A stretch of 47,547 nt of DNA from Candidatus Woesebacteria bacterium (GTDB taxonomy: Bacteria > Patescibacteriota > Microgenomatia > UBA8517). Below are positions 1 to 7,088 of this stretch, in pieces. Below the pieces are notes generated by a model that searched no databases, was not told the origin of the DNA, and saw only the letters and a program-made list of their open reading frames with translations. The stretch lies in assembly GCA_030699485.1 (NCBI GenBank), contig JAUYMM010000026.1, positions 1 to 47,547 on the forward strand, given 5' to 3'. Numbering within the stretch: position 1 is the first letter of the stretch; each line of letters begins with the position of its first letter. The translations under genes were made by a program, and so were the position numbers.

Positions 1-1
1 A

Positions 2-1057
2 AGAAATGTAATAGAGAAAAGAGTTAATCTTTTTGGTGTTTCCGAAAGTAGTGTTCAAACATCAGAATTTGAAGGTAAAAGTAGAATTATTGTTGAACTT
101 CCTGGAATAAATGATCCCAAAGAAGCATCAAGTCTTATTGGTCAAACAGCTCAACTTTTATTTGCAGAAGTTATTGAAACAACCGAGGCTTCTCCTTCTT
201 CACAAATAACTCCTACAGATTTAACAGGGGCAGACCTAAAATCAGCGGCTACTGTATTTGATCAAAATACGGGTAAACCTTCAATTTCCATCGAATTTAC
301 TGAAGAAGGTTCAAAAAAGTTTGAGGAAATCACTGGCAGAAATATTGGCAAACCCGTCGTGATTATTTTAGATAATGATATTGTGTCTTCTCCTCAAGTA
401 AATGAAAAAATAATTGGAGGTAAAGCACAAATTTCAGGAAGTTTTACTGTGGAAGAAGCAAATAAACTTGAAGTTCAGCTTAATGCTGGAGCTCTCCCTG
501 TACCTGTCAAATTAGTTGAGGAAAAAACAGTTGGTGCAACATTGGGAGCAGATTCCGTCAACAAAAGTATCAAGGCAGGTGTTATTGGTATTATCATGGT
601 TTCTCTCTTTATGATTTTAGTTTACGGCAAGTACGGGGTAATTGCCGATATTGCACTTATAATTTTTGGACTAATTACACTTGCTATATATAAATTAGTT
701 CCAATAACATTAACTCTTCCAGGAATTGCAGGATTTTTATTGTCTGTTGGTATGGCAGTTGATAGTAATATATTAATTTTTGAAAGATTAAAAGAAGAAA
801 TGAAAAACAGACCAATGAAAACAGCTCTTGAAGTTTCATTTGGTAGGGCATGGGATTCTATAAGAGATGCTAATGTAGCAACACTTGTAACAGCCTTTAT
901 ACTAGCTAATCCTTTAGACTGGAGTTTCTTGCATGTTTCAGGCCCAGTTCGAGGTTTTGCAATTACACTTGCCCTAGGTATTGCGATATCATTATTTACT
1001 GGCATTGTTGTAACAAGAAATTTAATGAGATTATTCTTTAGGGAGGATAAAATATGA
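2..1057 (+). CDS. secD: protein translocase subunit SecD (5' partial, frame open from window edge)
   Basis: Frame 2 reads RNVIEKRVNLFGVSESSVQTSEFEGKSRIIVELPGINDP from nt 2. Track ORF 359..1057 is its C-terminal part, with a multi-TM region and MAVDSNILIFERLKEE. ATGA overlap with secF. Confidence 0.9.
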   Translation, partial: RNVIEKRVNLFGVSESSVQTSEFEGKSRIIVELPGINDPKEASSLIGQTAQLLFAEVIETTEASPSSQITPTDLTGADLKSAATVFDQNTGKPSISIEFTEEGSKKFEEITGRNIGKPVVIILDNDIVSSPQVNEKIIGGKAQISGSFTVEEANKLEVQLNAGALPVPVKLVEEKTVGATLGADSVNKSIKAGVIGIIMVSLFMILVYGKYGVIADIALIIFGLITLAIYKLVPITLTLPGIAGFLLSVGMAVDSNILIFERLKEEMKNRPMKTALEVSFGRAWDSIRDANVATLVTAFILANPLDWSFLHVSGPVRGFAITLALGIAISLFTGIVVTRNLMRLFFREDKI

Positions 1058-1857
1058 TTTTGTGGATGAAATATAGATTTATTTATTTTGCAGTTTCTGC
1101 AATATTTTTGAGTGCTGGAATATTTAGCTTAGTAAAATGGGGTTTAAACCTTGGAATTGATTTTACGGGTGGGGTTATTACAGAATACCAACTTCCAAAT
1201 GGTGAAATTAAAAATGAAAAATATGGAGTTAAATCTGAAGAAGAAATAAATAAAATTAGAGAAGATATTAAAAAATTAAATGCTAAAGAGTTAAGATTTG
1301 AAACAGTAGGTCCTTCGATAGGTCCAGAACTTGTTAAAAAAACATTCTTTGCTCTGGGTACATCTGCACTTCTTATTCTTTTTTGGGTAGCAATTCAATT
1401 TAAAAGTGTTAAGTTTGGAGTTTCTGCGATTTTAGCCATGATTCATGATTCATTAATTTTAGTTGGAGGATTTTCTCTTTTGGGTCATTTTGTAGGTGTT
1501 GAAATTGATTTTCTTTTTGTTACTGCAGTATTAACAATTCTTTCTTTTTCAGTTCACGATACAATTGTTGTCTATGACAGAATTCGTGAAAAACAGAAAA
1601 AATATGATCCAATTTTAGGTAGTGATATTAATAAAATTGCAAACAGTGCTTTAACTGAGACAATGGTTAGAAGTCTTAATAATTCATTTACGATTGTCTT
1701 TATGTTATTAGCTTTAGTTTTACTAGGAGGTGATACAATCAAATGGTTTGCAGTAGCACTTCTGATCGGGACGATCTCAGGAACCTATTCATCTCCCTTT
1801 GTTGCAGTTCCAATCCTAGTCACTTGGGAAGAATTAGAAAAGAAGTTTAAGAAATAA
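1054..1857 (+). CDS. secF: protein translocase subunit SecF
   Basis: GIDFTGG motif after an N-terminal TM helix, SecF-type TM bundle, translationally coupled to secD. Confidence 0.9.
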   Translation: MILWMKYRFIYFAVSAIFLSAGIFSLVKWGLNLGIDFTGGVITEYQLPNGEIKNEKYGVKSEEEINKIREDIKKLNAKELRFETVGPSIGPELVKKTFFALGTSALLILFWVAIQFKSVKFGVSAILAMIHDSLILVGGFSLLGHFVGVEIDFLFVTAVLTILSFSVHDTIVVYDRIREKQKKYDPILGSDINKIANSALTETMVRSLNNSFTIVFMLLALVLLGGDTIKWFAVALLIGTISGTYSSPFVAVPILVTWEELEKKFKK

Positions 1858-2004
1858 AAGTAATTCAACCTGGGAATCCTAGTGTTATCGTCCGAGTAAT
1901 TGAAGAAAAATCCCCCATATTCAATTTTTTTGGATATAGACCACCAATCAATTCAGGTCGAAGGTTGGGTTTGGGTGGAAATACAAAAGTTAAATAATTA
2001 GTGT

Positions 2005-2301
2005 TCAGAGTGGTTCGAATTTAAGAATCAATTTTGAATTTAATGCTTCAGCAATTCTATTTAGAAATGAAAACGATGGATTACCAGACATAGTTTCAAC
2101 TTTTGAAACCGCAGCTTGAGATGTTTTAAGTTTTTTAGCAAGGGATCTTTGAGAGACTTTTTTGGATAGTCTTATTCTGATTAGGCTATCAGCCAACAAA
2201 TAACCAGCTTCAGACTTTTCCCACTCTCTTTTAAACTTAGGGTTTTTAAGTCTTTTCTCCAAATCATCTTCAAATGTGTATAGTCTTAATTTATTGTTCA
2301 T
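2005..2301 (-). CDS. XRE-family HTH antitoxin (HigA-like)
   Basis: 98 aa. HTH segment SQRSLAKKLKTSQAAVSKVE. Directly downstream of a Gp49/RelE-like toxin gene (toxin-first HigBA order). Confidence 0.75.
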   Translation of the reverse strand: MNNKLRLYTFEDDLEKRLKNPKFKREWEKSEAGYLLADSLIRIRLSKKVSQRSLAKKLKTSQAAVSKVETMSGNPSFSFLNRIAEALNSKLILKFEPL

Positions 2302-2336
2302 ATAAACAATGATATCATAAATGATATCATTGTCAA
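2302..2336 (-). promoter_or_regulatory. internal promoter plus palindromic operator for the antitoxin gene
   Basis: Minus strand reads cTTGACA-16 nt-TATCAT-tgtttat-ATG. The -35 (plus strand 2331..2336) contains the toxin stop codon. Perfect inverted repeat ACAATGATATCAT-AA-ATGATATCATTGT at 2306..2333 covers the spacer and -10. Confidence 0.5.
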
Positions 2337-2686
2337 GAGTCTAGATAAGTTGATTTCCAAATTTTAAATCTTTGCATAGCAATTTTAAGTTCTTTATATG
2401 GGGTTTTATTTTTTCTTTTAATAAATCCATGTAGTATTAGCACGTGACCTTTAAATACGACAGCATAAATCAATCTGATACTATCTTTACCTAAAATTCT
2501 AATTTCCCAAAGTGGTGTACCAGATAATTTTTTAACATCAGGTATGGGTTTGATTAATCCATGCACTCTTATGTGCATAAAATCACGTCCTATCTTGGCT
2601 TGTTGTTTTTCAGTGAGTGAATTCAAAAATTTATCTATTTGATTTTCTCCATTTAAACTTGTGTAGTAATATATTTTTGTCACCAA
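2333..2686 (-). CDS. type II toxin, RelE/HigB (phage Gp49-like) family
   Basis: 117 aa. KKLSGTPLWEIRILGKDSIRLIYAV...ILHGFIKRKNKTP pattern typical of Gp49-like RelE/ParE toxins. TTG or GTG start overlaps the cca stop. Confidence 0.7.
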   Translation of the reverse strand: MVTKIYYYTSLNGENQIDKFLNSLTEKQQAKIGRDFMHIRVHGLIKPIPDVKKLSGTPLWEIRILGKDSIRLIYAVVFKGHVLILHGFIKRKNKTPYKELKIAMQRFKIWKSTYLDS

Positions 2687-4017
2687 ATTTTATTTAATTC
2701 TGTTAATAGCGCTTTTTTTTCATTTTCAATCTTTTTTTCAACTACTTTATTAAATAATTTTTCTAATATTTCACCAACTTTTGGCCCAGCTGGAATATCT
2801 AATTCTTCCATTACATCGCGACCACTAATTTTTAGATCCTTAATACTAAATGGTTGTTTTTGAACTTCAACAAGTCTCTTTTTAAATTCTTCAAGACGCC
2901 AGCTTGTTTCTCTTGCACCCCCACCCAATCTATCTGCAACACGAAGATCTAACATGTCTTGTACATATTCAAGTCCTACGTTTGTAATAAATCTACGAAT
3001 GGCTGAGTCTGTCTGATTTTCATCAACAGTAAATTGGTGAAATCTAACAAGTTTTACAAGTTTTTCTCTTTCTCTGGTGGAAAACTTGAATCTTTCTGCT
3101 AAATTTTCTGCAATTCTTGTCGACACCATTTCGTGGTTATAGAAAGTAATTACACCCGTAGGAAGTTTTTTAAACGTTTGAGGTTTTCCAATATCATGTA
3201 CTAAAGTTGCAAATCTTGTAATTGGGTCGATTGATTTACATTCTTTTAGTGACATTAGTAGGTGTTGCCCAACATCATAAATATGATGTCTACTGGGGGA
3301 TTTTTGTTCTACTCCAAAACACTTAGTAAGTTCAGGTAATATTTCTTGCATTAAACCAGTTTCTTTAAGATGAAGAATTCCAGTGTAGGGATTATCACTT
3401 TTCAAAATTTTAAATAATTCATCTTTAACTCTTTCTTTGGCAATTTTATTAATAAGTGTTGAATTTCTTTGGATTGCTTCAAAAGTTTCCTCTTCAATTT
3501 TAAAGTTTAATTCTCCTGCAATTCTAACTGCCCTCATCATTCTGAGTGCATCTTCATTAAATCGTTTGTTTGCATCCCCTACTGCTCTTACTATTTTATT
3601 ATCTAAATCTTTTTGTCCTTCATATAAATCAATGATCTTTTTATCATCTATTGCTAGTGCATTGAATGTAAAATCGCGCCTCTCAAGATCTTCTTTTAGA
3701 GTTTTCCCCCATGAAATTTTATCTGGTCTTCTAAAATCTCTATAACCATGTTCAGTTCTAAATGTTGTTATCTCAAATGGTTTATCATATCCTTCAACAG
3801 TTAAACCAACTGTCCCATAGATGTTGTCACAAAAACCATCGGGGTATATTTTTAATATTTCTTCTGGAGTTGCATTGGTTGTAAAATCCCAGTCACTAAC
3901 TATTTTACCCATTAGAATATCTCTAACTGCTCCACCAACTACATATATTTCATACTTGTTGGCCTGAAATTTTGTAAGTATTTTTTCAACTTCAATGGGA
4001 AGTTCAAAGGTAGTCAT
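2680..4017 (-). CDS. cca: CCA-adding tRNA nucleotidyltransferase with HD domain
   Basis: GGAVRD head-domain motif, DWDFTT, and C-terminal HD motif LVHDIGKP. Confidence 0.85.
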   Translation of the reverse strand: MTTFELPIEVEKILTKFQANKYEIYVVGGAVRDILMGKIVSDWDFTTNATPEEILKIYPDGFCDNIYGTVGLTVEGYDKPFEITTFRTEHGYRDFRRPDKISWGKTLKEDLERRDFTFNALAIDDKKIIDLYEGQKDLDNKIVRAVGDANKRFNEDALRMMRAVRIAGELNFKIEEETFEAIQRNSTLINKIAKERVKDELFKILKSDNPYTGILHLKETGLMQEILPELTKCFGVEQKSPSRHHIYDVGQHLLMSLKECKSIDPITRFATLVHDIGKPQTFKKLPTGVITFYNHEMVSTRIAENLAERFKFSTREREKLVKLVRFHQFTVDENQTDSAIRRFITNVGLEYVQDMLDLRVADRLGGGARETSWRLEEFKKRLVEVQKQPFSIKDLKISGRDVMEELDIPAGPKVGEILEKLFNKVVEKKIENEKKALLTELNKIW

Positions 4018-4019
4018 AT

Positions 4020-5618
4020 ATGTTATTATATCAGAGTATGAAGTGGAAAATATTAAACAAACGCAGAAAAGAAATAATAAAAAGTCTTTTTGAAAATAGA
4101 AATCTTAAAACAAAAAAAGAAATAGATGATTTTTTAGAGCCTAAAAATCCTGAAAATATAAAGATAGAAGATTTAAATATTAAAAAAGAGTCAGTTAAAA
4201 AAATTTTAGGAAGACTTAAAATTGCTAAAGAAAAAAAAGAAAAGATAGTAGTTTTTGGTGATTACGATGCAGATGGAATATGTGCTACAGCCATTCTTTG
4301 GGAAACTCTTTATAAATTAGGTTTTGACGCCATGCCCTATATTCCTGATAGGTTTGAAGAGGGATATGGTATCAAGGCTTCTAGCCTTGCAAATTCAAAA
4401 CTCAAAAATTTAAATCCAAAATTAATTATCACCGTTGATAATGGTATTGTTGCTTACGATGCGATTAAAGAAGCCAAAAAAAGAAAAATTGATGTAATAG
4501 TTGTCGATCATCATACAAAAGGCAAACTAGTCCCTAGTCCCTATTGCCTTCATTCTACGTTAGTCTGTGGATCAGCACTTGCTTGGTTTTTGTCAAAAGA
4601 ACTTGGAATAAAAGATGGTTTAGATCTTGTAGCTCTAGGTACAGTTGCAGATCAAATGCCACTTTTGGGAATTAATAGATCTTTGGTTAAGTTTGGATTA
4701 CTAGAATTATTAAAAACTAAAAAGGTTGGGCTTCAAACATTATTTAAAGACTTAAAGTTAGATAATATAGGTACATATGAAGTTGGATATTTAATTGCAC
4801 CAAGAATTAATGCAATGGGGCGTCTAGCTAATGCCACTGACTCCCTAAGATTTTTATGTACTAGAGACTTAAAAAAGGCAAATGACTTAAATAAACTTTT
4901 AAATGAAACAAATAGCAAAAGGCAAAAAATTGTTGATGAAGTACTAACGAAAGTCCTGAAACAAGTTCAGGGTAATGATAAAATTATTGTAATCTCTGGT
5001 AAGTACCATGAGGGAGTTATTGGACTTGCATCAGGAAAAATAACTGAAAAATTTTACAGACCATCAATAGTTTTGTCTGAAAACAAAGATACATCAAAAG
5101 CTTCTGCAAGATCTATTTTTGGATTTAATATAATAGAAGCAATTAAAGAAACAGGGTTAATTATAGAAGGTGGAGGACACCCAATGGCGGCAGGATTTTC
5201 AATTGAAACAAATAAGATATCAGATTTCAGATTTAAGATAAACGAATTATCTAAAAATAAATTAACAGACGAAATATTAGAAAAGAAATTATATATAGAT
5301 TTAGAAATAAGCTTTGATCAAATAACTAAAGAATTAGTTGAAGAGATAAAAAAGTTTGGCCCCGTAGGGGTGGGCAACGCCCAACCGACATTTGTGAGTA
5401 AAAATGTAGAAATTAAAGAAATAAAAAAAGTTGGGCAAGAAGGTAAACATTTAAAATTAAAATTATCTCAAAATGGAATAGTTTTTGATGCAATTTGGTT
5501 TAATAATAATCAATCACCAATAATCAATAACCAATACAATATAGTTTATGAGATAGACGAAAATATTTGGAATAATAAAACTTCAATACAACTAAAAATA
5601 AGAGATATTAAAATTTAA
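4020..5618 (+). CDS. recJ: single-stranded-DNA-specific exonuclease RecJ
   Basis: DHH family motifs VFGDYDADGICA and VVDHH, plus DHHA1 motif GGGHPMAAG. The start could instead be the ATG at 4038. Confidence 0.85.
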   Translation: MLLYQSMKWKILNKRRKEIIKSLFENRNLKTKKEIDDFLEPKNPENIKIEDLNIKKESVKKILGRLKIAKEKKEKIVVFGDYDADGICATAILWETLYKLGFDAMPYIPDRFEEGYGIKASSLANSKLKNLNPKLIITVDNGIVAYDAIKEAKKRKIDVIVVDHHTKGKLVPSPYCLHSTLVCGSALAWFLSKELGIKDGLDLVALGTVADQMPLLGINRSLVKFGLLELLKTKKVGLQTLFKDLKLDNIGTYEVGYLIAPRINAMGRLANATDSLRFLCTRDLKKANDLNKLLNETNSKRQKIVDEVLTKVLKQVQGNDKIIVISGKYHEGVIGLASGKITEKFYRPSIVLSENKDTSKASARSIFGFNIIEAIKETGLIIEGGGHPMAAGFSIETNKISDFRFKINELSKNKLTDEILEKKLYIDLEISFDQITKELVEEIKKFGPVGVGNAQPTFVSKNVEIKEIKKVGQEGKHLKLKLSQNGIVFDAIWFNNNQSPIINNQYNIVYEIDENIWNNKTSIQLKIRDIKI

Positions 5619-5628
5619 AATAACTCCA

Positions 5629-5678
5629 CCCCACAAAACAACATCAGCGATTGCTGAAAATCTTTGTTGTTTTGGGGG
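5629..5678. terminator. long imperfect hairpin between convergent recJ and the small Cys-rich ORF
   Basis: CCCCACAAAACAACA ... TGTTGTTTTGGGGG with inner TCAGC/GCTGA stem. No clean U-tract, so its function as a terminator is uncertain. Confidence 0.3.
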
Positions 5679-5737
5679 ATGAAGGATTAAGAATGGAGCG
5701 GACATTTGTCTGCAAAAAAAGACTGTGCCCGCAATAA

Positions 5738-5896
5738 TTAGATGCCTGTCGATTCTACAGCTTCTGCTGAATGTTCTGATAAGCATTCTTCACATTGAAT
5801 GGGTGCTCCATCAGGAACATATTCAAAAACTTCAATCGTGTTTTGACAAGTGCATCCAGGCTCTGTGCAACCACATAAAATAATTTTTTTACTCAT
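5738..5896 (-). CDS. 52-aa Cys-rich zinc-binding protein, bacterial metallothionein (SmtA/BmtA)-like (not in ORF track)
   Basis: Hand translation: MSKKIILCGCTEPGCTCQNTIEVFEYVPDGAPIQCEECLSEHSAEAVESTGI. AAGGAG lies 8 nt upstream of the ATG (minus strand gaaAAGGAGatctctagATG). Pattern CxCx4CxC...Cx2Cx3H. Confidence 0.6.
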   Translation of the reverse strand: MSKKIILCGCTEPGCTCQNTIEVFEYVPDGAPIQCEECLSEHSAEAVESTGI

Positions 5897-5983
5897 CTAG
5901 AGATCTCCTTTTCTGAAAAATTTTGATCACAAAACATTTTTGCTTTGTGGGCCATTTTTTTTCAGAAAATATGTCAAAGGACT

Positions 5984-6091
5984 AAAAAAACCTCTTTTGT
6001 TTAAAGAGGTTTGTCATTATTCACCAACAAAACAAACCTCTTCAAGTAAAGAGATTAATAATTGTCTTGACTAAACATAAAGATTTCATGT
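5984..6091 (-). ncRNA. candidate ~110-nt small RNA (promoter and intrinsic terminator, no convincing ORF)
   Basis: Minus-strand TTGACA (plus 6121..6126), 17 nt, TAAACT (plus 6098..6103). Ends in hairpin AAACCTCTTT/AAAGAGGTTT (5988..6012) followed by a 7-U run on the minus strand. Contains two CCUCUU/AAGAGG hairpins. Confidence 0.3.
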
Positions 6092-6119
6092 GTTAGTAGT
6101 TTAAAAAAAGATATGAGTC

Positions 6120-6148
6120 TTGTCAAGCGTCAAATATAATGGTATTAT
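6120..6148 (+). promoter_or_regulatory. sigma70-like promoter of the T-box leader
   Basis: TTGTCA (6120..6125), 17 nt, TATTAT (6143..6148). Confidence 0.45.
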
Positions 6149-6154
6149 TATTTT

Positions 6155-6330
6155 AATAGCTTTGACGGTACAAACATACCTGAGCTGAAAGAAGAAATCT
6201 TTTAAAAAGAAATTAGAACTTTTCGGAGTTGTCCGTAAAACAATAAAATTAAGTTAAAACAAGGATGGCACCGCGAGATACCTCGCTCCTGTTTCGCAAT
6301 TTTTGCGAGATGGAAGCGAGTAATTTTTTG
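6155..6330 (+). promoter_or_regulatory. T-box riboswitch leader (tRNA-sensing transcription attenuator)
   Basis: AACAAGGATGGCACCGCG (6259..6276) matches the T-box consensus at 14/18. Antiterminator: A1 AGGA 6262-6265 / TCCT 6287-6290, 7-nt bulge UGGCACC 6266-6272, A2 GCGAG 6273-6277 / CTCGC 6282-6286. A competing terminator helix follows. Confidence 0.8.
6282..6329 (+). terminator. T-box terminator helix with U-tract
   Basis: CTCGCTCC (6282-6289) pairs with GGAAGCGAG (6312-6320). Inner stem TCGCAA/TTGCGA, followed by TAATTTTTT. Confidence 0.75.
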
Positions 6331-6337
6331 TTTAAAA

Positions 6338-6823
6338 ATGGATTATCATATTACAGTTAGTAAAATAATTAACCTTTTAAAGGAGAATGATCTATGGTTT
6401 GAAACTTTTGAACATGAGGCAGTCAGAACAAGCGAAGAAGCGGCAAAAACAAGAACAGGATATTCACTTAAACAAGGAGCTAAAGCATTAATTGTTAGGG
6501 TAAAAAAATCTTCTGAGAAATATTTTGCAATGCTTGTTGTTCCAGCAGATCAGAAATTTGATAATGTAAAAGTTAAAAAGCTATTAACTGCTAAAGACAT
6601 TCGTTTTGCGACTCGAGAAGAGGTAAAAGAAATAACAGGTGGTATAGATTTCGGTGGAGTTCCGCCGTTTGGAAATATATTTGGACTTAAAGTTATATCT
6701 GATCCTAGTTTGTTTAGTAATGAAAAAATAGTATTTAACGCTGGAGACAGAAGATTTTCGATAGCAATGATGTCAAAAGATTATAAAATGCTTGTTAAAC
6801 CAGAAATCAAGAACATTATATAA
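6338..6823 (+). CDS. YbaK/ProX-type aminoacyl-tRNA trans-editing deacylase domain protein
   Basis: 161 aa. Single YbaK/EbsC-like domain (GAKALIVRVKK..., GGVPPFG, VFNAGDRRFSIAM). Confidence 0.7.
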   Translation: MDYHITVSKIINLLKENDLWFETFEHEAVRTSEEAAKTRTGYSLKQGAKALIVRVKKSSEKYFAMLVVPADQKFDNVKVKKLLTAKDIRFATREEVKEITGGIDFGGVPPFGNIFGLKVISDPSLFSNEKIVFNAGDRRFSIAMMSKDYKMLVKPEIKNII

Positions 6824-6825
6824 AC

Positions 6826-7074
6826 ATGTTAGAATACGGGAATTTATTGTTAGACGATGAAACTATTAAAAGGTTTTGTAGGGAGTGGAAAAATAAGAAA
6901 GGCCCAAAAAATATGAAGGCTTTGACTACTAAAATTGGTGACAGGATATATGTTGGTACTGAAGAACCAACTGGAAATAAATATATTGACGAACAGTTAC
7001 TATATAGTGGTGATATAATTTTGACAAACGAAATGGGAGATGATTTAAAGAAGAAAAAGAAAGTTAAAAAGTAG
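6826..7074 (+). CDS. hypothetical protein (82 aa, Lys-rich C-terminal tail)
   Basis: ORF packed between the ybaK-like gene and aspS. No recognisable motif. Confidence 0.5.
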   Translation: MLEYGNLLLDDETIKRFCREWKNKKGPKNMKALTTKIGDRIYVGTEEPTGNKYIDEQLLYSGDIILTNEMGDDLKKKKKVKK

Positions 7075-7088
7075 TATTATATATAGAT

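Noticed and set aside
622-1005. Antisense or alternate-frame track ORFs inside strong genes. Examples: 622..1005, 3437..3745, 4733..4918, 7759..8061, 9007..9213, 9579..9767, 10736..11233, 11339..12117, 12382..12603, 13558..13773, 17636..17872, 18825..19445, 21169..21393, 22432..22653, 23367..23573, 24475..24693, 27173..27373, 30935..31132, 35617..35847, 36213..36545, 37086..38344, 38610..39074, 39310..39667, 40436..40983, 41486..41859, 43749..43994, 45463..45702, 46218..46559, 46850..47083.
   Set aside because: Each is fully embedded in, or opposite to, a gene with clear family motifs. Their translations are low-complexity or hydrophobic shadow sequences typical of AT-rich genomes.
5592-5786. 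64-aa minus-strand ORF overlapping the recJ 3' end.
   Set aside because: It overlaps the recJ stop, a long hairpin and the 3' end of the better-supported 52-aa Cys-rich ORF (5738..5896) in another frame. It has no RBS.
6164-6166. GAC as the T-box specifier codon (Asp).
   Set aside because: In my best Stem I pairing (6161-6168 with 6233-6240) this triplet lies in the 5' strand of the basal helix. The specifier normally sits in the 3'-side specifier loop. The assignment is left open.
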